A stretch of 64,000 nt of DNA, taken from contig CBDCOX010000002.1 in NCBI GenBank assembly GCA_965219995.1, positions 3,680,001 through 3,744,000 of the forward strand, read 5' to 3'. Positions 48,583 through 59,052 of this stretch are shown piece after piece. The notes below the pieces were generated by a model. It was not told the DNA's origin. It searched no databases and saw nothing but the letters and a program-made list of their open reading frames with translations. Origin of the DNA: Candidatus Latescibacterota bacterium. GTDB lineage: Bacteria > Latescibacterota > UBA2968 > GCA-2709665. Both the position numbers and the translations under genes were made by a program. The first letter of the stretch is position 1. The number at the start of each line of letters is the position of its first letter.

Positions 48583-50553
48583 ATGCCTCGTGAAGATCCC
48601 CCAAGAATTCGCAATCTCGGTATCCTCGCACACGTCGATGCCGGCAAGACTACGGTGACCGAGAATCTGCTGTACCTCAGCGGCGCCATCCGCGTGCCCG
48701 GAAATGTCGACAAAGGGACCAGCCTCTCCGATACGCTCGACGTGGAGAGGCGGCGAGGGATCTCGGTCCGGGCATCGGCGATGTCATTCGAGTGGGAGGG
48801 CGTGCGGATCAACCTGATCGACACGCCGGGGCACGTCGACTTTTCCGCCGAAGTCGAACGGTCGCTTCGGGTGCTGGATTGCGCCGTGCTCGTTCTTTCC
48901 GCGGTCGAAGGCATCCAGGCCCAGACCGAGACGATATGGGCCGCGCTGGAAGCGCTGAACATACCTGTCATCCTTTTCGTGAACAAACTGGATCGGATCG
49001 GCGCGGATACGGCGAAGGTCCTCGATGATCTGAAGCTTCGATTTTCACGCGACGTGATTCCGGTCAATCAGCCGGAGAAGGAAGGCGAATCGGACGCTGG
49101 TATCGTTAGTCTGGACCCGGACGGTCAAACCGCCATGACAGAGAGCGTCGCCGCGAAGGACGATATGCTCCTGGAGCGATTCCTGAACGAAGAGCCGATT
49201 TCACGAGCAGAGATCGAGAAGGTGATTGCGGCTTGCACGGCAAAGAGAGAACTGTTTCCCATGCTCTGCGGCGTGGCAAAGAACATGATCGGAACGGAGG
49301 AACTGCTGGGGAAGATCGTGGCCTGGTTCCCCGATTCGGATGCCGACGACTCACGTCCGCCTTCCGGTGTGGTGTTCAAGCTCGACCACGATCCGAAACT
49401 TGGGCGCATCGCCGGCGTTCGTCTCTATGCAGGACGACTCCAAAACAGGGATATCATCCGGAACGTTACGGCGGATCGCGACGAGAAGATTACGCAGATC
49501 AAGAAGTCCTATCTCAATCGATACGAGGACACGAATGCCCTCTCCGCCGGCGACATCGGTTTCTTGTGCGGGATGCCTGAGGCGAAGATCGGCGACGTCC
49601 TGGGCGACCCGGGCCAGGTCCCCGGGTCCTGCGAACTTGGAGAGCCCCTGCTGTCGGTTCAGGCAATCCCGGTAGACGAGGCGGATCATTCCCGGCTGGC
49701 CGCGGCGCTGCAACAGTTGTCGAGCGAAGACCCGCGCCTCAACTACACGTGGTTCGAGGATGAACGCGAACTGCACGTGAGGATCATGGGCCCGGTTCAG
49801 GCGGAGATCCTGAAGGAGATGCTCGATGCGCGATTCGGCATCCAGGCGCGGTTCAATGACCCGATGGTCATTTACAAGGAGACACCTGCTTCCGTCGGAT
49901 ACGGTATCGAGCGCTACACGATGCCGAAACCGTGTTGGGCCATCGTGAAGGTTCGGATCGAACCGGGCGAGCCGGGAAGCGGTGTCGTTTATTCGTCACA
50001 GGTCGGCGTCAACGACATCAAGGCACGATATCAGAAGGAGATCGAAAGATCGATCGATGGCGCGCTCAGGCAGGGCATCAAGGGATGGGAAGTCACGGAT
50101 CTGAAGATTACCCTGGTGGAGGGAAGCGATCACGTTCTGCACAGCCGCGCGGGCAATTTCAAACTGGCAACCAATATCGCGGTGTTGAAAGGGCTGACCG
50201 CGACCGGGTCGACTCTGCTCGAACCGATACTGGCGTTCGAAATCTCGGTGGCCGAGGCCTACGTTGGAAGAATCACGTCCGATATCATCAACGCGCGCGG
50301 CGCCTTCGATCCCGTACAGGCAGACGGAGGTGCGCTATCGGTTACGGGACGAGTACCCCTGGCGACTTCAATGGACTATCCCATCCGGCTGAACTCGTTG
50401 ACTGGCGGAACGGCGAAATTCTCCTTCAAGTACGACGGATATGAACGGTGCCCGCCGGGCGAGGGCGTCGTGCGGCCATACAAGGGGATATCGCCGCTGG
50501 ATCGGGCGAAGTACATCCTGAAGATGCGAGGGGCGGTAACGGAAGCCGTTTGA
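48583..50553 (+). CDS. TetM/OtrA-like translational GTPase (EF-G paralogue)
   Basis: AHVDAGKTT, RGISV, DTPGHVDF, NKLD, GWEVTDLKI, LLEP. Confidence 0.88.
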   Translation: MPREDPPRIRNLGILAHVDAGKTTVTENLLYLSGAIRVPGNVDKGTSLSDTLDVERRRGISVRASAMSFEWEGVRINLIDTPGHVDFSAEVERSLRVLDCAVLVLSAVEGIQAQTETIWAALEALNIPVILFVNKLDRIGADTAKVLDDLKLRFSRDVIPVNQPEKEGESDAGIVSLDPDGQTAMTESVAAKDDMLLERFLNEEPISRAEIEKVIAACTAKRELFPMLCGVAKNMIGTEELLGKIVAWFPDSDADDSRPPSGVVFKLDHDPKLGRIAGVRLYAGRLQNRDIIRNVTADRDEKITQIKKSYLNRYEDTNALSAGDIGFLCGMPEAKIGDVLGDPGQVPGSCELGEPLLSVQAIPVDEADHSRLAAALQQLSSEDPRLNYTWFEDERELHVRIMGPVQAEILKEMLDARFGIQARFNDPMVIYKETPASVGYGIERYTMPKPCWAIVKVRIEPGEPGSGVVYSSQVGVNDIKARYQKEIERSIDGALRQGIKGWEVTDLKITLVEGSDHVLHSRAGNFKLATNIAVLKGLTATGSTLLEPILAFEISVAEAYVGRITSDIINARGAFDPVQADGGALSVTGRVPLATSMDYPIRLNSLTGGTAKFSFKYDGYERCPPGEGVVRPYKGISPLDRAKYILKMRGAVTEAV

Positions 50554-50741
50554 ATCTCCCGTCTCACCGCCTTTAATTGCCTTTCCCCCGCGCCAGAAAT
50601 ACCTTGTTCCATCTCCCGAAATCGAATATACTCCCGTTCGCCCGCTTGTTGTCTCAACCCCGCTGCGATGTGCGCGTTCCGTGACGGTCGAACGTCCCGT
50701 CCGGGTTTCGCGCCGTCGCGGTGTTCTCTTTTGTACCGTGG

Positions 50742-51530
50742 ATGCAAAACGCACCCGTAATTACCGTTGAAAACGCGTGCAAGACCTTTTCCGGAGACCG
50801 CGGCGAGGTCCAGGCCCTGGACGGTTTCGACATGGCCGTGGAGGAGGGGCAGTTCGTCTCCATTGTCGGTCCGAGCGGCTGCGGAAAGAGCACCCTGTTG
50901 TGGGCCATGGCGGCGCTCTGGCCGCTCTCCGAAGGGAAGATAACCGTTAACGGACGCGAGGTTCTGGAACCGCGGCGGGAAATCGGCATGGTCTTCCAGA
51001 CCTCCAACCTGCTCCCGTGGCGGAACCTGCTGCAGAATATCCGGTTTCCCTTTGAGATCATGAGGGAAGATCCGGGACGATATCAGGACCGCATCGACGA
51101 CCTGATCGAGGTCACGGCCCTGAAGGGTTTCGAGCACCACTATCCGGGAGAACTCTCGGGTGGCATGCAGCAGCGGGCTTCCATCGTCCGGGCGCTGGCC
51201 TACGACCCCAGGGTCCTGTTGATGGACGAGCCCTTCGGCGCCCTGGACGCATTTACCCGGGACGAGATGAATCTGATGCTCCTCAACATCTGGGAGCAGT
51301 CCGGCAAAACCATCGTCTTCGTCACCCATCAGATTCCGGAAGCCGTCTACCTCTCGGACCGGGTCTACGTGATGACCCCGCGCCCGGGACGGAACTCGAA
51401 AATCTACGACATCGACCTGCCCCGCCCGCGCCCGTTGTCCGTTACCGCCGAACCCCATTTCTTCGAAATCGTCGCTGAAATCAAACAGACCATCTTTCAC
51501 GACGTACAGAACGACGCCGCGCCAGCCTGA
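50742..51530 (+). CDS. NitT/TauT ABC transporter ATP-binding protein
   Basis: GPSGCGKST, LSGGMQQR, LLMDEPFGALD, VTH. Confidence 0.95.
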   Translation: MQNAPVITVENACKTFSGDRGEVQALDGFDMAVEEGQFVSIVGPSGCGKSTLLWAMAALWPLSEGKITVNGREVLEPRREIGMVFQTSNLLPWRNLLQNIRFPFEIMREDPGRYQDRIDDLIEVTALKGFEHHYPGELSGGMQQRASIVRALAYDPRVLLMDEPFGALDAFTRDEMNLMLLNIWEQSGKTIVFVTHQIPEAVYLSDRVYVMTPRPGRNSKIYDIDLPRPRPLSVTAEPHFFEIVAEIKQTIFHDVQNDAAPA

Positions 51531-51574
51531 CGACAACCGGCGACCGGTGGCGAGGCGTAGAGGTCGCGAAAAGT

Positions 51575-51870
51575 CGGTGAGACGTAAGACGTTAGACGGT
51601 AGAAGACATCCTTGCCCGATTGGTTCTTCCTTAATGCCTCCGGCGAGAAATGAAACCTCTCCGGGCGATAAAACCAGTGAGACGCAAGACGGTAGACGGT
51701 AGATGAAGACAATTGCAGCAATGTTTCCGCATAAACCGTGCCTGCTAATTTACCGTTATCATAACGACTGGAAAAACCATAGGGCACTCGTTTCATCTCC
51801 CGTCTTACGTCTCCCGTCTACCCGCTTTCTGGCACTGACATCATCTCCCGTCTCCCGTCTACCCTCTTCC
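51575..51870. repeat. heptamer-arm mosaic element, copy A (arm-S1-arm-S2-arm'-arm')
   Basis: Aligns by eye with 54226-54524 and 59437-59688. Confidence 0.9.
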
Positions 51871-51914
51871 CCGGATCGAGGGCATCTTGCCCTCGAAGCG
51901 CTCTGATTGGATCT

Positions 51915-51990
51915 GTAGGGGCAACCCTTGTGGTTGCCCGTCTTTCGGTCGTTTCCGGTTTCCCTTTGCGTCTTCGTGTCTTTGTGTGAG
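51915..51990 (+). repeat. REP palindrome plus CTTTGTG/CTTCGTG repeats
   Basis: GTAGGGGCAACCCTTGTGGTTGCCC identical to 59221-59245; downstream sequence also similar. Confidence 0.8.
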
Positions 51991-52025
51991 TTGATCGCTG
52001 ATTGCTTTCTTTAACGGTTCAACCC

Positions 52026-52826
52026 ATGTCCGATAGAAGCGAAAAACAACCCATCAACTGGTCCGCGCTGACTTCGATGCGTTTCGCAGGCGTACAGGTC
52101 GCCGTGATCGCAGGCGTGGCGCTGGCGGTCGTGGCGGCCTCAGAGCTCGTGGTCCGCGCGTGGGACATCCCGTCCTATGTATTCCCGCTGCCGAGCGAGA
52201 TTGCATCCGCGCTTTACAAGTCCTTTCCGCTCCTGTGGCCCCACCTGCTGGTTACCCTTCAGGAACTGGGCCTGGGGTACGCCATCGGAGCTGTCGCGGG
52301 CATTCTCCTGGCCGCACTGATCACCCAGTTTCCATTCGTGGAAAAAATCGTCACGCCGTATATCCTGATTCTGGTTACCACGCCCATGCTCGCCCTCGTG
52401 CCGCTGCTGATCCTCAAGTTCGGGTTCGGCCAGACGCCCCGGGTCATCGCGGTGGCGCTCGCCGTCGGCCCAATGGTCATGATCAACGCCGCCACGGGCT
52501 TCCGTCGGACCGACCTGGCGAAAATCGCCCTGGCGCGGTCATACGGCGCCACGACCCTCCAGATCTTCCGAAAGGTCCGCTTTCCGCTCGCGCTGCCGAT
52601 GATCATTGTCGGCCTGATGGTTGGCGGCATCTTCGGCCTGCTGACCGCGATCGGCGCGGAGATGGTGGGCGGCGGGTCCGGCCTTGGCAACCGCCTGGTC
52701 TATTACTCCTCGCTCGCACGCATGTCCAGCTTCTTCGCCGTGATCATCCTCATCGCGGCGATCGGAATCGGCCTGTACGTCGCCTTTTACCTGATCGGCA
52801 AGAAATGGGCGAATTGGGAGAATTAG
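52026..52826 (+). CDS. NitT/TauT ABC transporter permease
   Basis: LPSEI, TLQEL, PMLALVP, EAA-like LARSYGA, AEMVGG..GLG. Confidence 0.93.
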   Translation: MSDRSEKQPINWSALTSMRFAGVQVAVIAGVALAVVAASELVVRAWDIPSYVFPLPSEIASALYKSFPLLWPHLLVTLQELGLGYAIGAVAGILLAALITQFPFVEKIVTPYILILVTTPMLALVPLLILKFGFGQTPRVIAVALAVGPMVMINAATGFRRTDLAKIALARSYGATTLQIFRKVRFPLALPMIIVGLMVGGIFGLLTAIGAEMVGGGSGLGNRLVYYSSLARMSSFFAVIILIAAIGIGLYVAFYLIGKKWANWEN

Positions 52827-52834
52827 CAAAGGGC

Positions 52835-53030
52835 CGGGAGACGGAAGAGGTGAGACGGGAGAAGAAGCCCGTGCCGATAATTTCCTCCTCCTTGCCTACG
52901 GCATGAGAAGGAACCTCGCAAGGCAGGAAATCTCTCCCGTCTCACGTCTCTCCCGGTGAAGGGGGCTTGGGGAGAGAGGGGGTTTTGATTTTGGTTTTCG
53001 CTCTTGGCTGACGGCTGATAGCTGATAGCT
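52835..53030. repeat. heptamer-arm element copy E (spacer S3) plus GCTGA(T/C)(A/G) heptamers
   Basis: GGGAGACGGAAGAGGTGAGACGGGAGA...TCTCCCGTCTCACGTCTCTCCC; ggctgacggctgatagctgatagct. Confidence 0.75.
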
Positions 53031-53103
53031 TCATCCGAGGGGGCCGGGAGGAGAGGTCATGGCCCGTTCTCAAACCGCTAAGATTCAACCAGGAGGAAAT
53101 GAA

Positions 53104-54216
53104 ATGAAAAAAGACACCCTTACCCGCCGCGAATTCCTGGGATATTCATCGGCCATGGGCGTTATGCTCTGTATCCCCGCGAACCCGCTGAATGCAGGGG
53201 AAGCCGACAGAATCGTGTGGGTTTCCCCTCGAGGAAACCTGGAGGTCATGGATGACTTCAACCTGTGGGTCGCCCACGAAATGGGCTATTTCAAGGAGCT
53301 GAACCTGGACGTGGTGCTGCAGCCCGGCCCCACGGAAGCGCTGGCGGTAACCAAACTGGTGGGCCAGAAACAGGCGGACATGGGTTTCCCGTCTCCCGGC
53401 GTGCTGCTGTCCAGCATCGACGCGGGGATCCCGGTTGTCCTCGTCTGGGAGATGGTGATGAAACAGGTCTTCGACTTCGCCCTGCCCGAAGACAGTCCCA
53501 TCACGAAGGTCCAGGACCTGGCGGGAAAGAAGATCGCAGTCGCTTCAGAAGGCTGGCGCGTGATCATCGATCCGATCCTGGTGGAAGCGGGGCTCGATCC
53601 CAAGTCTGTGACCTATCTGCCTGGCGGCCCGCAATGGGGCCAGATGGTCGCCCTGGGGCGGGCCGACGCGGGGCTTGCATGGCGAGGCCTGGCGGCCCAG
53701 TGGAAGGCCCTGGGAATGAAGCTCAAATTCCTTGTGGGGATGGAGTTCTCCAATCATCCTTCCAACGGCTATGCCATCCACCGCGACGATCTGAAGGACG
53801 AGACCCGCGTGGATATCTGGACGCGCTTCTTCAAGGCCAACTGCCTGGCGTACGAGTTCACGCGAGCCAATCCCCGCGCGGCCGGGCAGATCACCTACGG
53901 CCGCTTTCCGGCGCTGCGGGAACAGATGGCGCCCCAGCTTGCGCTGGACTCGATGCTCGAATTGGGCACGATCTACTTTGACGGAGACCGCATCGGGAAG
54001 GGGTACGGATACAGCGACATGGAATCCTGGCAGGCCTACATCGACACGGTCCACAAACTCGGGCAGATCGAGAATCACTACAAGGCTCAGGACGTGGTCA
54101 GCAACGCCTTTGTGAAGGAAGCCAACAACATCGACAAGAAGCGCGCCCGCGCGGAAGGGAAGGCGTTCGAACTCAACGATGACTTCAAGGATCTGAAGGT
54201 CAATTATCCGGTGTGA
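53104..54216 (+). CDS. ABC substrate-binding protein (NMT1/THI5-like), Tat signal
   Basis: TRREFL twin-arginine signal; GYFKELNLDV; DLAGKKI; AGGAGG RBS. Confidence 0.9.
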   Translation: MKKDTLTRREFLGYSSAMGVMLCIPANPLNAGEADRIVWVSPRGNLEVMDDFNLWVAHEMGYFKELNLDVVLQPGPTEALAVTKLVGQKQADMGFPSPGVLLSSIDAGIPVVLVWEMVMKQVFDFALPEDSPITKVQDLAGKKIAVASEGWRVIIDPILVEAGLDPKSVTYLPGGPQWGQMVALGRADAGLAWRGLAAQWKALGMKLKFLVGMEFSNHPSNGYAIHRDDLKDETRVDIWTRFFKANCLAYEFTRANPRAAGQITYGRFPALREQMAPQLALDSMLELGTIYFDGDRIGKGYGYSDMESWQAYIDTVHKLGQIENHYKAQDVVSNAFVKEANNIDKKRARAEGKAFELNDDFKDLKVNYPV

Positions 54217-54225
54217 GGGTCAAAG

Positions 54226-54524
54226 GCGGTGAGACGGTAGACGTGAGACGGGAGAAGACGTCTTTGCCCGATTGGTTCTTCCTTTGTGCCTGCGGCAGGA
54301 AATGAAACCGCATGGGGCAATAATAGCGGTGAGACGTAAGAGGGTAGACGGTAGATGAAGACAGTTCCAGCAGTGTTTCCACATAAACCGTGCCTGCTAA
54401 TTTACCGTTGTCGTAACCAACAAAAAGACCATAGGGCACTCATTTCTTCTCCCCTCTTCCGTCTTACGTCTTCCCGCTCCTCTGGCACTGATATCCTCTC
54501 ACGTCTCCCGTCTTACGTCTCCCC
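54226..54524. repeat. heptamer-arm mosaic element, copy B
   Basis: Same module order as copy A. Confidence 0.9.
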
Positions 54525-54608
54525 CGGGGTAGGGGGTTTGGAGGGTGAGGTCTCCCGGTCGGGATTCGGGAATGGTGGCATTCGCGAAGAACTTTACAGG
54601 AGACAACG

Positions 54609-55793
54609 ATGATGGCCGATGACGCCAACGCGACGTACCCGGGTATCAGGATCACGGGCGTGGACACCTTCCTGGTACAGGGCAACTGCTGTTTCGTAAA
54701 GATCAGGACGAACGAGGGGATCACGGGACTGGGCGAGGGCTCGATCAGCGACAACAAGGCGGGCACCATCGCCCAGTGCATCAAAGACATGGAGGGTCAC
54801 CTCATTGGCAAGAACCCAACGGACATCGAGCGTCTCTGGCAGGGGCTTTTCCGCTGGAACCGCTGGCACGTGGGCGTGCTCTTCACAACCGCGCTCAGCG
54901 CTATCGATATCGCCCTGTGGGATATCCTGGGTAAGATCGCGGGGTTGCCGATCTACAAGCTGTTGGGAGGCGCCGCGCGGGACAAGGTGCGCATCTACGC
55001 CGGCGGCGGGGGGAAGGCGGGTGTGCAGCGCGCCCGGGCCATGGGTTGCAACGCCGTCAAGACGGGGCCGCCGGTAACCAGAGCCGGCGACCCGCTCACG
55101 GTGCCCATGCCCTGGGACCTGAACCGGGCGGTCCGCCAGATCGAGGAGATGCGGATCGAAGGGGGCGATGACTTCGACATCCTCATCGACGCCCACGGTC
55201 GCCTGACGCCCACAATGGCCCTGGAATACTGCAAGGCCGTGGAGCCCTACCGCCCCTTCTGGGTGGAGGAACCGATCCAGGTGGAAGGATCGAACGACGC
55301 GCTCGAGTGGCTGAGCGACCGCACCACGGTGCCCCTGTGCATGGGCGAGCGAAACTTCACCAAGTGGGGCTTCCAGGACATCATCGCGAAACGCCTGGTT
55401 AGCTACCTCAATCCGGACATCGTCCACTGCGGCGGCATCTCGGAGTTCAAGAAGATCGCGGCCATGGCGGAGGCGCAGTACATCCAGGTCTCACCCCACA
55501 TCACCTACAGCCGGGTGGGGGTCACCGCCGAAATACATATGGGCCTGAACTGCCCCAACAGCGTAATCCAGGAAATGGCCAATTACGCGGACGACTCAAC
55601 CAGAGAGAAGACCGACTGGAGGGACGACCTGTTCTACGGGCACCGGTACCGGGTCGAGGACGGCTTCGTGACGTTGCCGGACACTCCCGGTCTCGGACTC
55701 GAACTGAACGAGGAGGTCGCCCGCGCGCACCCCTACGAACCGATACTCCGGGAGGAACTCAGGTACGAGGACGGGTCGGTGGAGGACAACTGA
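54609..55793 (+). CDS. mandelate racemase/galactonate dehydratase-like enolase
   Basis: GITGLGE, AIDIALWDILGK, IDAHGR, WVEEP, MGER, PGLGLE. Confidence 0.92.
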   Translation: MMADDANATYPGIRITGVDTFLVQGNCCFVKIRTNEGITGLGEGSISDNKAGTIAQCIKDMEGHLIGKNPTDIERLWQGLFRWNRWHVGVLFTTALSAIDIALWDILGKIAGLPIYKLLGGAARDKVRIYAGGGGKAGVQRARAMGCNAVKTGPPVTRAGDPLTVPMPWDLNRAVRQIEEMRIEGGDDFDILIDAHGRLTPTMALEYCKAVEPYRPFWVEEPIQVEGSNDALEWLSDRTTVPLCMGERNFTKWGFQDIIAKRLVSYLNPDIVHCGGISEFKKIAAMAEAQYIQVSPHITYSRVGVTAEIHMGLNCPNSVIQEMANYADDSTREKTDWRDDLFYGHRYRVEDGFVTLPDTPGLGLELNEEVARAHPYEPILREELRYEDGSVEDN

Positions 55794-55820
55794 AGCGCCA
55801 AGACCCTCGCCTGGCGTAAG

Positions 55821-57947
55821 TCAGGTATTCATCACGACCGTTGCGTGGCTGGCCGGGCCGCAAATCCCCGCGCCGTTGCGCGCCTTGAGCCGCAGTTGGT
55901 TCAGGCCCTCGTGCAGTCTCCATTCCAGCGAGGATTCTGTCTGTTCGCGCCATTCGGCTTTGTCGATCTGCACCAGGAATGCGTCAAAGCAAGGCGTCAC
56001 GGTATCCACGTCCACCCGCAAGACACCCGGCTCGGCGGTTTCGCTCAAGTAGAGTTCCGTCCGGTTGAGCGGGGGATTGAAATCCTGCCAGCGCCTGGTG
56101 TGTTGTTGGTATTCGCGCTTGCGGGGGAACACATCGCTGTAGAAGCAATAGAAGAGATCGCTTCCCCAGTTGCTGGAGAGTCGCCACGGCAGCGGCCATG
56201 GCCGGCTGGCAAAGTCGTTTCGCCGCACCATCTGCAAGTGTCCTTTGAGCATCAGGTGCTCCGGACCTCCGCTCAGGTCGTCAATCGGAAACGCGTTGTC
56301 GCCCTGGCGATACGCCACGCGCGCGGCACGGAGCATTTCGAGGTCCGGCAGGTGCCACTGGATGGGATATTCCCATGTCGCCGGTCCCGGCATGACCTCG
56401 GCCAGACGCTCGCTGATTTCCACCAGATTCAGCGGAATGCCCGTGTCGGGGTCATAAATGTAGTAATCGCGCGTCGCATCCAGGAAGATCCACTTGTCGA
56501 ACTCGTTTGACCACACTTCGGCCACTTCGTGTCCGTACGTGTGTTTGGTGGAGATATTGACCCAGCGGGCTGGAAAGCCCATGGCCAGACAGGCGGCGAT
56601 CAAGGTCAGATTGCAGTAGAGGCAGTGGCCGTCGCGCCGGCGTTTCCGGTCGTCGCCAGGCCTGCTGGTGTTTCCACTTGCGTCCCTGTCAAGTCGAGGC
56701 AGGTCGTAGTAATTCCACCGATAGGCGTCGAGGCGGTCGATCGGCACTTTATAGGCCCACTGCATGAGTTGCAGCTGGGCCTCGAATTCAGTCGCCGCGC
56801 CTGAGACCACCGCATCCAGTTCAAAGCGGCGGCGCAGTTCGTTCAGGCGGGCGAAATCTTCGTGGACGTAGGGCAGGGACGGGCGAATGACGTGCCCGTT
56901 GCGGAACTGTTGAAGGCGGTAACGTCTATTGGATCGGCGCCTGTGCTCGCGACACTTCGCCTCCACGGAAATACCCTTGAAAACCGGCGTCACCAGCGGG
57001 TTGCGGGTATTCATGACAATCCTGAACTGCAGGTAGCGTCCGGCAGGAGCCTCCCATGTCTTCGAGGAATCCGTTACAGGCTCGAACGAGGACCACGCGG
57101 CCGCTGCAGGCGCCGGATTGTCGCACAGTCGCGCCTCTATTTCCACCTGGCTCCCCTCGGGCACTTCGACCTCCCATCCCACCCTGAACGCTTCGATATC
57201 GAGCAATTTCGCGATTCCTCCTGTATCCCCTCCCGTCGCCAGGTCGATCACCGGTGAGACAAAGGCGCCCTTCGGTACGCTGCGGTCCAGACTGAGGCGG
57301 ACGGCGTACTCCCCGTCGATTTCATCTTTCCAGCCCAGGCGTTCGAAATCCCAGGTACGGCCTCCGTCCCGGCTCTTGGCGCTGCGGTCAGGGTGACAGA
57401 GCCGCGTTTCAGATCCTCGCTTGAATTCTCCATCGGCGGCCACCATGATTTCCCAGCTGGTCTCCTCCGATTCAGCCCACAGGACGAACTCATTGGTACC
57501 CTGCCTCAGGGCGCCCACCGGCAGGGCCACCACGAACCAGTTGTCGAAGTGCGAGCCTCCCCAGTCGGTGGTGTAGTAGTGGCGGGCAGTCGGGTGGGCG
57601 ATCTTGCTCGGAGGTCGGATCAAGTGGTGACCGTTGATGGAGATGTGGAGCGCATGGTCATTGTCGTCCATTTCCCGTCCGTTGAAGATCAGCCAGGCCG
57701 CTGTGGCGCGAGGATCATCCAGGACCAGATCTTTTCGCGCCATCACTCCTTTATGCAATTTCTCAAACCACGACCGGTCCCCGGCGCCTTCGGGCTGGCC
57801 GATGGCCGGCGCATCGTCTTCGACCAGGAGCATATCATCGAGAACGATCGCCTTTCTCTGCTCGCAGTATTGGAGTCCATCGAACTGACCTCGTACTTCG
57901 AGCGCGGCGGCATCGAGCGCAAAACAGCAGTTGCTCTCTATCGACAT
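55821..57947 (-). CDS. large protein with C-terminal transglutaminase-like domain
   Basis: GHCLYCN...GFPARWV...GHEVAEVWSNEFDKWIFLD (Cys-His-Asp triad). Confidence 0.75.
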   Translation of the reverse strand: MSIESNCCFALDAAALEVRGQFDGLQYCEQRKAIVLDDMLLVEDDAPAIGQPEGAGDRSWFEKLHKGVMARKDLVLDDPRATAAWLIFNGREMDDNDHALHISINGHHLIRPPSKIAHPTARHYYTTDWGGSHFDNWFVVALPVGALRQGTNEFVLWAESEETSWEIMVAADGEFKRGSETRLCHPDRSAKSRDGGRTWDFERLGWKDEIDGEYAVRLSLDRSVPKGAFVSPVIDLATGGDTGGIAKLLDIEAFRVGWEVEVPEGSQVEIEARLCDNPAPAAAAWSSFEPVTDSSKTWEAPAGRYLQFRIVMNTRNPLVTPVFKGISVEAKCREHRRRSNRRYRLQQFRNGHVIRPSLPYVHEDFARLNELRRRFELDAVVSGAATEFEAQLQLMQWAYKVPIDRLDAYRWNYYDLPRLDRDASGNTSRPGDDRKRRRDGHCLYCNLTLIAACLAMGFPARWVNISTKHTYGHEVAEVWSNEFDKWIFLDATRDYYIYDPDTGIPLNLVEISERLAEVMPGPATWEYPIQWHLPDLEMLRAARVAYRQGDNAFPIDDLSGGPEHLMLKGHLQMVRRNDFASRPWPLPWRLSSNWGSDLFYCFYSDVFPRKREYQQHTRRWQDFNPPLNRTELYLSETAEPGVLRVDVDTVTPCFDAFLVQIDKAEWREQTESSLEWRLHEGLNQLRLKARNGAGICGPASHATVVMNT

Positions 57948-57966
57948 AGTGTTGAATACTCCCCGG

Positions 57967-59022
57967 TCATTTCCACGCCGCGCGCAGCAGGCGGACCCAG
58001 TTTCCGTGCATGATGCCGGCAATGTCGGTCTGCGAGTACCCGCGTTTTTCCAGGATGGCGGGAATCTTCCGCAGGTCGGCGATGGTGTCGAGATCAACGG
58101 GGCACTGCTCCTTGCCGTAGCCCCCGTCCAGGTCGGTGCCGATGGCGGCGTGGCGGGAGCTCCCGGTCAGCTGGCAGACGTGGTCGATGTGGTCCACCAC
58201 GGTTTCCAGCGTGATGCCCGTGTTGTCCATGGCTGCCGGGTCCCACAAGGAAGAGATCATCCAGACGTCCATGGCTGTGCCAATGACGCCGCCGCGCTGG
58301 GCCAGCGCCTTAATCTGTCGATCGTCGAGTTGGCGGTCGTGGTCGCACAGGGCCCGGCAGCAGTTGTGCGTGGCCAGCACGTGACCGTTGAAGACCTCCA
58401 GGGCTTCCCAGAATGCCTGCTCGGCCAGGTGGCTCACGTCGAAGATAATCCCGGCCGCCTCCAGGGCTTCGAGCATGGGGCGGCCTCTGGCCGTGAGGCC
58501 GCCCGGAGCCTGGGTCCCGTGTGAGTAGGCGCTCACCCCGTAGTGACACAGACTTACGATCCGCAGGCCTTCATCCCACCAGTCCGGTACCTGTTCCGGC
58601 GCCACAATGCCGTCCGCCCCTTCCATGCTGAGGACAAACCCCAGCGGGGTCGTCCGCGGATCCTCATTCCACTCGGCCAGATGGGCGTCGAGTTCAGCGC
58701 GATCGCGAATCTGGCGCAAGACGCCCCTGGCCTCCATCAGGCGGTAGTAGGCCAACTCGCCCATGCACCCGGCGTAGGCGATGTCCTGGGTGCGCACCCC
58801 GGAAAAGCGATTACCCATCGAAGCAAGCCGGCAGTGCACCGTTACGAAGAAGAGTCCGATTCCGCCGCGCCGCAGTTCGGCGAAATTCACCACGTTCATG
58901 CCGCGGCCCTTCTGCGTCATCCCCGCCTCGGCCTCGCGTATTTCGGCGATGGGCTGGAGCAGGTCCCGGTCCCATTTGAGCGCGTTGTGGGCGATATCCA
59001 GGTGGGCATCGACGATCAGCAT
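57967..59022 (-). CDS. membrane dipeptidase (peptidase M19)
   Basis: DAHLD, SMEGA, DVSH, ATH, GTDLDG, GNWVR. Confidence 0.92.
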   Translation of the reverse strand: MLIVDAHLDIAHNALKWDRDLLQPIAEIREAEAGMTQKGRGMNVVNFAELRRGGIGLFFVTVHCRLASMGNRFSGVRTQDIAYAGCMGELAYYRLMEARGVLRQIRDRAELDAHLAEWNEDPRTTPLGFVLSMEGADGIVAPEQVPDWWDEGLRIVSLCHYGVSAYSHGTQAPGGLTARGRPMLEALEAAGIIFDVSHLAEQAFWEALEVFNGHVLATHNCCRALCDHDRQLDDRQIKALAQRGGVIGTAMDVWMISSLWDPAAMDNTGITLETVVDHIDHVCQLTGSSRHAAIGTDLDGGYGKEQCPVDLDTIADLRKIPAILEKRGYSQTDIAGIMHGNWVRLLRAAWK

Positions 59023-59052
59023 GAAGGTTCTCCCATAAATAATATTCCAGAG

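Noticed and set aside
48583-50553. Naming the gene tetM or fusA
   Set aside because: It lacks the TetM domain IV loop and the EF-G RGITI/G' features; only a family-level call is supported
51703-51906. Small peptide family MKT..A.FPHKPCLLIYR in spacer S2 (also 54355 and ~59565)
   Set aside because: No clear RBS, stops differ between copies, and substitutions are mostly non-synonymous; treated as non-coding repeat
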